A stretch of 64,000 nucleotides of DNA from the human T2T-CHM13v2.0 reference genome, Homo sapiens. A program made the position numbers and the translations under genes. Location of the stretch: NCBI RefSeq assembly GCF_009914755.1, contig NC_060935.1; one strand, given 5' to 3'. The notes below the pieces were generated by a model. It made no database searches, was not told the origin of the DNA, and saw only the letters and a program-made list of their open reading frames with translations. Positions 1 to 21,945 of this stretch are shown here, piece after piece (positions within the stretch are counted from its first letter, which is position 1; each line of letters begins with the position of its first letter).

Positions 1-1039
1 GGTTTAAGACACAAGGTCATATTATAAAATCAGGGCTTCTGGAAGTTTAGTCCCAAAACCACACATCTCATAATCCCCTGCAGTGCTTGATTAAAATGCA
101 ACATCCCTAAGGCCACAGACTCAGACTCTGGAGAAAGATCCAGAAAACTGCCCGTTTAATAAACATTTGGGCGATTCTTACGGCCTCTAAAGACCAAGAA
201 CCACTGCTGCCTAGAGCTCTGCTCTCTTCATTGAACAATACAAGAGGAGTGTGTAGGTAGACACCCACCACTTCCAACAGCTTAGGAGAGCCCTTGAGTA
301 TGGATTGATGTATTAAAATTTATTGAATCACATGCTGAGATTTTCACCAGCTGCCCGTGGGGATCTGGGCATTTATTCCCATATTGCACTGGCTGGCTGG
401 AAGCCAGCAGCATAAACTCCAGGGCTGTTCTGTCAACCCCCACCAGACTCACCCCCCTCCACCAGCCCCGGCAGGCTTCTCCTTCCATCTCTCTGAAGCA
501 ACTTACTGATGGGCCCTGCCAGCCAATCACAGCCAGAATAACGTATGATGTCACCAGCAGCCAATCAGAGCTCCTCGTCAGCATATGCAGAATTCTGTCA
601 TTTTACTAGGGTGATGAAATTCCCAAGCAACACCATCCTTTTCAGATAAGGGCACTGAGGCTGAGAGAGGAGCTGAAACCTACCCGGGGTCACCACACAC
701 AGGTGGCAAGGCTGGGACCAGAAACCAGGACTGTTGACTGCAGCCCGGTATTCATTCTTTCCATAGCCCACAGGGCTGTCAAAGACCCCAGGGCCTAGTC
801 AGAGGCTCCTCCTTCCTGGAGAGTTCCTGGCACAGAAGTTGAAGCTCAGCACAGCCCCCTAACCCCCAACTCTCTCTGCAAGGCCTCAGGGGTCAGAACA
901 CTGGTGGAGCAGATCCTTTAGCCTCTGGATTTTAGGGCCATGGTAGAGGGGGTGTTGCCCTAAATTCCAGCCCTGGTCTCAGCCCAACACCCTCCAAGAA
1001 GAAATTAGAGGGGCCATGGCCAGGCTGTGCTAGCCGTTG

Positions 1040-1180
1040 CTTCTGAGCAGATTACAAGAAGGGACTAAGACAAGGACTCCTTTGTGGAGGTCCTGGCTTA
1101 GGGAGTCAAGTGACGGCGGCTCAGCACTCACGTGGGCAGTGCCAGCCTCTAAGAGTGGGCAGGGGCACTGGCCACAGAGT
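1040..1180 (+). promoter_or_regulatory. BEST1: BEST1 proximal promoter with two E-boxes and OTX-type homeodomain sites
   Basis: CAAGTG 1107-1112 and CACGTG 1129-1134; AGATTA 1049-1054 and GGCTTA 1095-1100 (bicoid/OTX-type cores on -); lies immediately upstream of non-coding exon 1. MITF/TFE and OTX2 control of BEST1 is recalled knowledge. Confidence 0.7.
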
Positions 1181-1250
1181 CCCAGGGAGTCCCACCAGCC
1201 TAGTCGCCAGACCTTCTGTGGGATCATCGGACCCACCTGGAACCCCACCT
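1180..1250 (+). other. BEST1: BEST1 non-coding exon 1 (5' boundary approximate)
   Basis: Ends CCCCACCT|GTGAGT (donor at 1251); joins exon 2 acceptor CAG|GACCCAAG at 2594, matching the recalled BEST1 5'UTR. Confidence 0.8.
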
Positions 1251-1914
1251 GTGAGTACAAGGTGCCCCAGGTGGACTGGGCTGGGGCTTTGAGGCCTTCA
1301 GGGTTGGATGGCCATCTTGCGTATTTGTGTGGGATATGCACACACAGGCAGCACATGCGCAGGTGTGTGGGCACCTGTGTGTCTGTGCAAATGCCCTGAG
1401 GTGGGAATGAGCTTGGTGTGCATCAGGCACAGCCAGCCAGTGTGGCTGCAGCAAAACACACAGGGAAAGAATGGAGGGGGCATCAATCACTGCTTCAGTA
1501 AATTTTTATTGAGCGCCTTCTACGAGAACACAAGAGGAGCTTCCATTCTGAGGAGGAAACAGGCAGGAAACAGGCAGATATCCTGTATAATTTCAAGTAG
1601 TGATAAGTGCTCTCTAGAAATATCAAGCAAGGTGAGGAGACACAGAGCACCGGTGGCAGTGGGGCTCTATTTCCAGGTTGGATGGTTGGGAACATCCTTT
1701 CTAAAGGGAACCTGGAGTGGGAAGGAACCATGCAGGTATCTCAGGAAGAGCTTCCTCCAGGCAGGAAGATCAGCAGGTGGAAAGGCCCTGGAGCCACCAT
1801 TCAGTAAACATCATTTGAGCATCTCTACCAGCTAGGTTCCATTATGGGAATGGGAATATGGTGGTGGACAGGGCTGCCTGGTCCCTTCCATACTTCTCAC
1901 ACTAGGGTGGTTGA

Positions 1915-2329
<415 letters not shown>

Positions 2330-2533
2330 TGATTATAGAAAGTTAAAGGCACATGGCAATGCACACGCCTATCTACGTCTTCCCTGCCAAAGCAAAGGGC
2401 AGCCTCTGGGCTCACTTTCTTGCGTTTCTACTTCCAAAAGGCAGTCAGAACTGGCAGGGCCTTGGAGACCACTTCATCCACCTCCTAGGGTCCCTATGGG
2501 AGAGTTGAGGTCCAGAGCAGGGAAGGGTCCTGA

Positions 2534-2782
<249 letters not shown>

Positions 2783-3121
2783 TAAAGCTGGCAGGGCTGG
2801 GCCGGGGGGCCTGGGAAGGATGTGGCTGGGGCTGGGAGCTCCTGGGGGCCTCCCAGCCAGCTCAGGGGCCAGTGTACCAGTTCACTACAAGACTAAGCTG
2901 AGCTCCTGACCAGGTCCTGGGCACTGGAGCTGAGGCTGGGGCTGGGGGCTGGGGAGAGAAAAGAAGTCAGACTGAGAGGCTGCTCAAGCCAGGCCAGCAG
3001 GGTTTTAGCCACCCTTCCTCCAACCCCAGGAGGACCCCTGGAGCCCAGGCTTTGTCTGGCCCCACTCAACTGGCCTGTTTTACTGAATCCCACACAGACT
3101 CATAGGCCCACATAGTACATT

Positions 3122-5567
<2,446 letters not shown>

Positions 5568-5927
5568 TCCCAAACACTCTGTTTCGACCTGCTTTTAAAC
5601 AACTGACCCTTGGATGCATTCAAAGGATCAGGGTGTCTGAAACTGGCCTCTGCAGCAGGACCTTCCTTCCTACACATCTCCCAGTGGCCAGTGTGAGGAT
5701 TCTCCCCACAAGAAACCACTGGAGGGGGCCTCCTCCTGTCCGGGTTTGGGGCTGTACAAGGAGCATCATGGACCTGGCTCAGGCCTCAGGAGGGGCCCTG
5801 GGCTGGGGAAAATGTGGGATAGCATCGAGGCAGTCCCACTCCTACCCAGGGCCGGGCTAGACCTGGGGACAGTCTCAGCCATCTCCTCGCTGCGTCCACA
5901 CAATTCCACCCCCACCCCCACCCCCAG

Positions 5928-6022
5928 GCTGGCCCTCACGGAAGAACAACAGCTGATGTTTGAGAAACTGACTCTGTATTGCGACAGCTACATCCAGCTC
6001 ATCCCCATTTCCTTCGTGCTGG
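5928..6022 (+). CDS. BEST1: Bestrophin-1 exon 3 ([32 protein letters not shown])
   Basis: CAG| acceptor, |GTGAGT donor; 95 nt; peptide is in ORF 5746..6195. Confidence 0.97.
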
Positions 6023-6029
6023 GTGAGTT

Positions 6030-7000
<971 letters not shown>

Positions 7001-7664
7001 CAGGGCTAAGGACCCTTGAGGGATAATGGAAAGAAGGGTGACGGCTTGGGAACTGGTGAGGTACTAGGGTCTACTTCCCTCTGCCCTTGCCCCTCTTGAT
7101 CTCCGGTTTCCACTCTGGAGGTATGGGACATTGGTCTCTGACACCCCCTCAGCCTGGCCTGACCTGGTCCTGGTTAATAAGACAGACCCAGGCTAGGCGT
7201 GGTGGCTCTCGCCTGTAATCCCAGTGCTTTAGGAGGCAAAGGTGGGAAGATCGCTTGAGCCCAGCTGTTTGAGACGCCCCTGAGCAACATAGCGAGACCC
7301 CCATCTCTACAAAAACATTAAAAATTAGCAGGGCATGGTGGCGTGTGCCTGTAGTCTGAGGCTGAGTATCGGGAGGCTGAGGCAGGAGGATCACTTGAGC
7401 CCAGCAGTTCCAGGCTGCAGTGCGCTAAGATCGCACCGCTGCACTCCAACCTCGGTGACAGAGCCAGACCCTTTCTCTGGAAATAAATAAATACCCTGCC
7501 CACATGCTCAGCCCAGAACAGCACCTAGTAGGTGCTCAGAAATTTTTTTGTTGTTGAAAGAAAGAGGATGGCAAAGGAGTGCTGAGGTTCCTATAGGTCA
7601 GCAGGTGCCGGCCATCCCTTCTGCAGGTTCTCCCACCCACCGCCTTCTTCACTCCACTCTGCAG

Positions 7665-7819
7665 GCTTTATGACTCCGGCAGAACACAAGCAGTTGGAGA
7701 AACTGAGCCTACCACACAACATGTTCTGGGTGCCCTGGGTGTGGTTTGCCAACCTGTCAATGAAGGCGTGGCTTGGAGGTCGAATCCGGGACCCTATCCT
7801 GCTCCAGAGCCTGCTGAAC
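7665..7819 (+). CDS. BEST1: Bestrophin-1 exon 5 ([13 protein letters not shown]...LQSLLN)
   Basis: CAG|/|GTGAGC; 155 nt; ORF 7670..7915. Confidence 0.97.
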
Positions 7820-8057
7820 GTGAGCCCACTGTACAGACAGGGCTGCCGCAGAGTGGGAAGGGTTGTGGTCCACAGGAAACAAGGTTTCCTACAAAGAGAA
7901 GCCTTGGGCCCCTGAGGGTCTTCCGAGAGCCGGAGGTGGGGTTGCAGAATCTTTTCCAACAGCAATCCACAGCCCGAGGTGGTCCCTTCTCAGAGGCCCC
8001 TCCCTCTTCTCCAAGTCTGTGAGGTCCTGGTTCCCTTTTGATAGATGAGGAAGCTGA

Positions 8058-8429
<372 letters not shown>

Positions 8430-8505
8430 TGAAGTGCCAAGTTCTAAGAGTCCAGGCTCCTGCCTGGCCCAGTCCAGTAGAGGCAATGTGATTATCCCCA
8501 TATTA

Positions 8506-8850
<345 letters not shown>

Positions 8851-8941
8851 TCACATAAGTGTGCAAGTCAGAACAAGGCCTTGGTCTCCTGTCTCAGACT
8901 CCCAGCCCCTGGAGCATCCTGATTTCAGGGTTCCCACCTAG

Positions 8942-9433
<492 letters not shown>

Positions 9434-9710
9434 TCAGAAGCCCCTGCCCTTTAGAAGGCAGAGCGGCACCACCTCTCCTTATTCAAGATGCCTGTTGGGC
9501 TGTCTTGTTCCTCACCTCAAGTGGCTTGTCCAGGTATTCCCTCCCACCACAGCCAATACTCCGAACAGATGTTCTGAATCACACAGTTTTCTCTCCACCT
9601 CTTTATCTTTCCTTCCTTCTGTTGCCCACCCACTCTCTCTCCCTTCCTACCTTCCTTTATTTTTTGGTAATGGGGGTGTAAGTCTCTGTCTCTGCCCTTC
9701 CTGTCACTGT

Positions 9711-9711
<1 letters not shown>

Positions 9712-9754
<43 letters not shown>
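9712..9754 (+). repeat. (CA)n microsatellite in BEST1 intron 7
   Basis: About 21 CA units. Confidence 0.95.
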
Positions 9755-9755
<1 letters not shown>

Positions 9756-10256
9756 TCCTATTCCTCTAAATTCCCCCTGCCCCCCCAGTTATCTTTGGTT
9801 TCTGCAGATCAAAACAAATCACACTTTTATGCTTGAAATTCTCCAGGGTGCCCCAGTGGCCTGCAAGATGTCCCCTGGACCCCTAAGGCAGACGCGTGTC
9901 ACCTCTTCGGGGCTTTGTTAGGGCATTTTAGAGGTTGCTATCCAGGAATCTGCCCACCTAGACTGCCCTTTAGTTCAGCCCAGCTTCAGTATATATCTCT
10001 GTTGCATGAATGAATAAAATTATGCAACTCCAGGTAAGATACATGAGGTGAGATAAAGGCAGTGACTCAGCCGAGTGATACACTCAGGGACAGCTGTGGG
10101 TGTTCAGGGAAGGACTGGCTCAGAAGAGTTAGAGGGGCTGTGTCCAGAAGTGTGTGGGTGCCCACAAGTGTGGGGGGCTGGAGCCCTAAACTCTGCCTTT
10201 GAAGACAGTGGTCAGGCAGGAAGGGCTTCATGGGGTGTGGAAATAGCAGCAGCTGA

Positions 10257-10481
<225 letters not shown>

Positions 10482-10683
10482 TAGGGAGGCCTCACAGTGA
10501 ATGATCAACCCTTCCCCTCCTCCCTCCTGCAGCCAGTCATTCACTCACAGGATTCTCACCTCAATCTTTGAGGCTGCAGGCAGGCACCCATCTCCCCATT
10601 TCACAGGCAGGGAAACTGAGGTCCAGAGAGAGGGAGAGATTCCTCCAAGTCATCAGGCACATACAAGGTCCTGCCTGGGATGA

Positions 10684-10935
<252 letters not shown>

Positions 10936-11154
10936 TAGAATAGCACTAGTTAATGCATACAGGTTGCTTCAGTAAGTGTCAGGCACTGTACTATGCTCTT
11001 TATAAACAACTATTTTTTTCCTCCCAATAATTCTGGTTTGTTATCCCAAGTTTTCAGATAATTAAAGTACAGGTTCAGAGAGAGTAAGTTGTCCAAGGCC
11101 ACATAGCTACCAAATGGTGCATTTGCTACTCGAAGGACAGCCTATGATCAGTGA

Positions 11155-12204
<1,050 letters not shown>

Positions 12205-12957
12205 TAGTGTGAGGAAGGGTTGGGAAGGTGATCAAATGAAGGCTGGAGGCTTGCTTAGGTCAGAAACATTTCTGGAGGATGACTTTGAGCCCTACATGGT
12301 CTGTACCCCAGCAGCTGAAGGTTGTTGAGGGGTGGGGAGGGCTGAAAACAGAACGATAAAGCATAGACCTTGTCTCCAAGGAATGCACAATTTATGGAGG
12401 GAGCTCAAACCCAAGTCTCAAACTCTGGATACAAGGTACAAAGTACTGGATGTCCAGAAAAGGGACAGAACATGGAACACAGTCATCTTTGTCTGCCTGG
12501 GAGGCGGCTTCCAGCTGGGTCTGGAGCTGAGCCATGGAACATGGGAAGAATCTGAACTTGGGCAAGGGCAGGCCATACTCTCTGGTAGATAAGCTTTCCC
12601 TTGCAGGGTAAAGGTCTGGGGCTCCCGGGATGCCTGTTGCTAGGAAGTCAAATTTCTCTTTGTGGATGTCACTCCCAGTTGGAACCACAAATTCCTGGCA
12701 TTGCCCAGAGTCACTCATGGGCCTCATCTGAACCACTCATGCCAGGGCACCAGTGTTTCTGACTGCCTGGAGTGAGGGGTTTTACAGGGGAAGTGAATGA
12801 TGAGGAGGCCTTTACACGCCAGGCGGGGTGGTTGCGGGGGTTGGATGTTAACTCTGGTCAAGAGGGAATCAACAAACAGTGAGGTGAGCTGGGCCTGGAG
12901 GGATCACCGGGAGGTACAGGACAGATCAGGAGAGAGGTGAGAGCTGGGGCATGGTGA

Positions 12958-13971
<1,014 letters not shown>

Positions 13972-14928
13972 TGAGGTTGTGCTGACCAGAATGCTGCTGG
14001 AGAACTGCCCCAGGGCTGACAGGCCAGGCTTAGCTGAGCAGATGTTATCACTGGCCCCAACTTACTTTGAGCAAGGGTGGCTGACCCAAAACCATGAGGT
14101 GGCAGTCAGCTGGATGACAGATGAACACTTCCCCCATAACTATTTAGGGTAGTACCCAAGCACTACAGGAAAGGGTGGCAGGAACTGCCTCACTCCTAGG
14201 AACTGGTAGATGGTGAGGTTGAGGGTGTCCAGCGCCCTTAGGTCATTTTCTCACTGCCTGGGAACCTCACCAAAATACTTCTTGCTTCCTTGGGGTCAGC
14301 CCAAAGCTGTCACAAAATCAGATATTTCCCTTTATTCCAGATTTCCTGGACACTTTCACCCAATTATAAACACCCCACTTCAGCCCCAATCACGTGGGAG
14401 GAAGTGTAACTTCCCTTTTCTGGATTCTCAAGCAGTTACTTTCACGGTCAGAACACGCAGCTATTATGATTGAAAACTTAAAAGGGCAACAATTTCAGTC
14501 TTGCTTCTAGGGCTAGACAGGAACTTGGCAAACATCTGTGGCCTGTTCAGCAAAGGATGTTAATATTTAAGAATCTTGTCTTGGGCTGGGTGTGGAGGCA
14601 AGTGGATCACAGGAGGTCAGGAGTTTGAGACCAACCTGGCCAACATGATGAAACCCCATCTCTACCAAAAAAAATACAAATCAGCTGGGCGTCGTGGTGT
14701 GCCTGTAGTCCCAACGCAGGAGGTTGAGGGGAGAATTGCTTGAACCCAGGAGGTGGTGGTTGCAGTGAGATTGAGCAACTGCAATCCAGCCTGGGCGACG
14801 GAGTGAGACTGTCTCAAAAAAAAAAAAAAAAGGATCGTCTCAACCTTTGCCCTCCTACTGCAACATTTTGGTATTTGAAATGAAGGTACCTTCCATACTT
14901 ATGCTGTTAATACTTTCATTCTCACTAG

Positions 14929-14947
14929 GGATGAAGCACATTCCTAA
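14929..14947 (+). CDS. BEST1: Bestrophin-1 exon 11 coding end (DEAHS*)
   Basis: CACTAG|G GAT GAA GCA CAT TCC TAA; brings the CDS to 1758 nt = 585 aa + stop. Confidence 0.93.
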
Positions 14948-15126
14948 CCTGCTTCCTAATGGGGATGCTTCGCCAGCCAGGTCCTCACCTGTGTGTACAC
15001 CAGCAGGACACTGATCCAGTCACAGCCATACAGCTGTCCACACTGAAGAACATGTCCTACAACAGCCTGAATCAAATGGTTAGCTTAATAGATAAAAATC
15101 CCAGACTACTTCAGCCTTTAATGCCT

Positions 15127-15132
15127 TTTATT
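15127..15132 (-). terminator. FTH1: Distal FTH1 polyadenylation signal (AATAAA on -)
   Basis: TTTATT on + inside the BEST1 3'UTR; consistent with a recalled long FTH1 3'UTR isoform. Confidence 0.6.
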
Positions 15133-15266
15133 CATAAAAACTGTGAAAGCTAGACTGAACCATTGGAAACATTTAACTCAGACTCTGGATTCAGAGTCGG
15201 GAACCCTTAGTTCTATCTGAATCCAAGACAGCCACACCTTAGTATACTGCCCAAACTAATGAGTTT

Positions 15267-15272
15267 AATAAA
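15267..15272 (+). terminator. BEST1: BEST1 polyadenylation signal AATAAA
   Basis: AATAAA ~320 nt after the stop, followed by T-rich GTTTCTTTTTG. Confidence 0.8.
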
Positions 15273-15404
15273 TACAAATACTCGTTTCTTTTTGATTAGT
15301 GTGATTAGAACTGAACAACGGCACTTAAGGAATCTGGAAGATAGCCTGGATAGATTTCTGATTCATCCCAAGACCTCAAAGACAACACCTGGGTACCAAA
15401 TTTC

Positions 15405-15410
15405 TTTATT
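15405..15410 (-). terminator. FTH1: Proximal FTH1 polyadenylation signal (AATAAA on -)
   Basis: TTTATT on +; minus strand reads AATAAAGAAATTTGGTACCC then GT-rich GGTGTTGTCTTTG. Confidence 0.85.
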
Positions 15411-15551
15411 TGAAGGAATGGTACAAATCAAAGAACTTAAGTGGATGTTTTGGTACAACTTATAGAAAAGGTAAAGGAAACCCCAACATGCATGCACTGC
15501 CTTGGTGACCAGGGAAGTCACCCCACGGCTATGGGGAAATTAGCCCGAGGC

Positions 15552-15952
<401 letters not shown>

Positions 15953-16178
15953 TTAATGCATCTCTACCAACTAACCTAGAAGTCAGCAAGCCCATCATCT
16001 CTAACCACCACGTTTTGGCAAAAGGGACATTACTATTTGCCTAATTTAGTTTAGATGGTAAGCCTAAAAAAGCACAAAAGGCAAAAGCCCAGTGTATCAT
16101 CACTTTATAAGGGCAATTGCTAGTTTAAGTGATTTCTGATACCCGAACACTGCCAGATGATGAAGTATGACACCCCTA

Positions 16179-16445
<267 letters not shown>

Positions 16446-16819
16446 TCAAAGCACAGCATGAAGGAATCAGTGCCTAAGGAGACTGGGGGGCAGATGAGCT
16501 ACTGGATTGAACCCAAGAGTAATGTTTCTATTCTAAAATAGAAAACTGAAACTTGATCCTTGAAACTTAACTTCAAGGAACCTTTAGGATATTATGGGCA
16601 TTGCCTGGGGCAATGTCTTAAGGATCTGTATTACTGCACAGAAAACTTACAGCCAGTGTCAGAATTCATTGTCTGATGAGAGGGCGCTGGAGTACTGACC
16701 CTGCACTTAGTCCTTTTCTCCTCCCTGCTCCTGTATTAACCATGTTAAAGCATGGTTAAAACTGAGCTCAGGAGTCTGCCAGCTGTACCACATATTTATT
16801 TATAAAATTAAAAACCCCT

Positions 16820-17112
16820 GCTGGGTGCGGTGGCTCAGCCTGTAATCCCAGCACTTTGGGAGGCCGAGGCAGGCGGATCACGAGGTCAGCAGATCGAGAC
16901 CATCCTGGTCAACATGGTGAAACCCCGTCTCTACTAAAAATAAAAAAAAATAGCTGGGCGTGGTGGCGTGCGCCTGTAATTCCAGCTACTCAGGAGCCTG
17001 AGGTAAGAGAATCACTTGAACCCAGGAGGCGGAGGCTGCAGTGAGCCGAGATCGCGCCACTGCACTCCAGCCTGGGCGACAGAGCGAGACTCTGTCTCTC
17101 ACACACACACAC
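16820..17112 (+). mobile_element. Alu in FTH1 intron 1 with a (CA)n-converted tail
   Basis: Alu consensus; TSD AAATTAAAAACCCC on both sides. Confidence 0.9.
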
Positions 17113-17923
17113 AAATTAAAAACCCCCATGCAAGGTGGCAAATGTGGACAGTATGTTGATGTAAACATACTTTTATAATAGTTATATCACAAAAATTTGA
17201 TTTTCAGTTTTAGACATTTGATGTAGTCAAGTGTTTGTGAAAGGCAGTGACAGTCACAGAAATACAGGCCTGTTTTCAAATCCATTTGGAACACATTTAT
17301 TCTTGGGATAGTTTGGACAATCACAAGGCAATTCTAAGGAAGACTCCCACGACACTGCCTAAGACCAAGATTTGGGAAAATTGATTCCACTGATCACTGA
17401 AAAATTTCTTGCCCAGTAACTGTCGGTGGACTTTATCCAAGAACTGGGGGTTCAATTAGTAGGCCAAACTCCACACCTCTTACAGTAAGATACATAAAAG
17501 ATAAATTAGGTCCCCTAGGCGCAAGGTCAGGTGACACTTCGGTGACTGCAGAAGGGGCGATTCCTAGAGATATGCTTCAAAGCAAGTGGGACTTAGAGAT
17601 AAGCAGAGCCGAGAGGTGGATACGGCTGCTCGAGAGGGATCTACCCACAAGATAAGCCACCTCCCGCCAGCCCCCAAGGTTTGCTATTCGACACCGTTAC
17701 CCAGCAGCTCCGCCACACACAGGCGGACGGGAGCTGGATACCTAAGCAAAAAACGCTGGCATTTAGGGCCAAATGCCGGAGGCAGAGGAAAAGATGGGAA
17801 AGCAAAACTCCACCTTCCTAACCGCAGGATTGATCACACAGGCTGGCAGTCTTGCAACCCCAGGATTTCAGGACACCAAGGTCTCCTTAAAAAAGAAGGG
17901 TGTGCAGAGGCGGCCCTGGCCTA

Positions 17924-18361
<438 letters not shown>

Positions 18362-18396
18362 CTATGGGCGGCCGGCCGGGGTGGGGAACGAGCGCC

Positions 18397-18431
18397 GGGT
18401 TCCGTCCAAGCACTGTTGAAGCAGGAAACCC
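18397..18431 (-). promoter_or_regulatory. FTH1: Iron-responsive element (IRE) in the FTH1 5'UTR
   Basis: Minus strand GGGTTTCCTGCTTCAA-CAGTGC-TTGGACGGAACCC: CAGUGC loop at 18410-18415, UGC/C bulge and paired stems. Confidence 0.97.
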
Positions 18432-18454
18432 CGACGACTCTCGGCGAAGAACGT

Positions 18455-18575
18455 CTGGCCCTGCGGGTCGCTTGTGGTCTCTTATAGCCGCGTCGGCGTC
18501 AGGCCCGCCCCGGCCAATCAGCGCCGCCCGCCCCGAGCCCGCTCCTTCCGGTGGGCGCGGGACCCCGCCCCTGCT
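18455..18575 (-). promoter_or_regulatory. FTH1: FTH1 core promoter: TATA box, inverted CCAAT box, GC boxes
   Basis: TATAAGAG on - at 18479-18486; CCAAT on + at 18514-18518; CCCGCCCC at 18504-18511 and near 18563; TSS inferred near 18459. Confidence 0.85.
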
Positions 18576-20046
18576 GTGGGGGAGGGGCGGCCGCTGGAGG
18601 CCCTCGCGCGCTCTGGCGGAGCTCGGGAGCGGGGACCGGTAGCCGACTGCCTCTGGGACAGCGGTGGCGTCTCTGTGCCCGTTTAGTGGAGTTGGAGGGA
18701 AGCTGCGAGGAGGCGCAGGAAGTCCACCTCAGAACCCCCCCCCCGGTCTAGGGGCGCCCGGGCGTTGGAACCGGCGGGGGAAGGGTGCGGGGGCGCATGG
18801 GGTGATCCTGATTCGGCTCCCATTTTCCCGAACGGGCACCCTGAGGCTCCTGGCCCGGGGCATGGTGTTAGAAATCATAGCTGCGGAGAAGCCCTTGTGA
18901 CACCTTGCTGCAGATTGGGAAGCTGCAGATTGGGAAGCTGCAGATGATTGGGAAGGTGGAAGGTGGAGACGCGGTCCTTAGGTGGTCGAGCGCATTTTCT
19001 CTTCCTCAGAGTCCAGGAAGGAGCGCGATGGAGAAGTGGGGCGCACGGCGGGTTTCGGGTCCGCCCCTGCCCTTCCGACTCCTCCGACCACGTCTGCCTT
19101 TGGCTGAAAGCAAATATGGCTCCGTGTGCGGTTTCTGCAACAAAGGCTGGGCGGGCCGGGTTTCCCTAGGGATGGGGACCGCCTCCCCGGGGAGTCGTGG
19201 GGGTGAGCCACCGGGGCCTCCGAGAGAATCGCTGGTGTCGCTTCGCACCCAAGGGACACATCTCGGGTTAGAAAGGAGAAACGACGTGGATCTAAAGGCG
19301 AAGCCCATGCTGAGGACTTTTCAAAATGGCCTCTTATCGGCCCCACTCACAGGAGCTTCAGGCTTCGGTGGCCCTGTAGGACAACCCTGGGGTGTCATTG
19401 GAGAGAAGCTGACGGGGTTAATGGCGGGTGACAGGTGAAAGAGACCCCGGAGGGGTGGGGCCGGTGTGTGTGGCTAAGCTGAGTCCCAGGCACAGGGTGG
19501 ATGTGAATTTATGGGTGGCAGAGCTAGAGCTAGGCCCTGCCCTTACCTAGGTCCTGGCTTCGAGGTCCACTGTTCTGTCGCGTCTTTTGACGCATCGGTG
19601 GAAGAACTGAATTTCAGGATGCTCACAAACCTGCAGCTGGAAGCTAGACTTCCAAACCTTAGTTTAAAAAAGCAACTCTACTGAAATACTAAAATAAATT
19701 GCCGACGGAATTAGGGTGATTTCTTGTTCACGGTTTCATTTAAAAATGCACCTATGTTATTTACAGGAAAAACGTTTTAGTGGTGCTAGAGCTACAAGAA
19801 TAAGGTAAACAGAAGGATGCTGCTAGACCAGGAGTACCTTACCCAGTCTGGGATAGGAGGAGGTCGGGGAAGCCCTCCCTAAGCAAGACACGTGAGCTGA
19901 GTTTGAAGAAAAAGTTAAAAGGAAGGTGAAGTGCGGGAGAGAAACAGGGAAGGGAATTTGGAGCAGAGTGAACAGCATATGCAAAGGTGTGGAAATGTGG
20001 AAATGCATGGCCTGTTAAAGCTGCCTTAAGAAAATATGTTGCCTGG

Positions 20047-21945
<1,899 letters not shown>

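Noticed and set aside
1030-1835. 114-175 aa ORFs across the BEST1 promoter and intron 1
   Set aside because: Low-complexity GT/CA-rich translations, often with non-ATG starts and no recognisable domain.
2785-2960. GGGCT/GAGCT-rich stretch resembling an immunoglobulin switch repeat
   Set aside because: Short and irregular; better explained as ordinary G-runs downstream of a 5' splice site.
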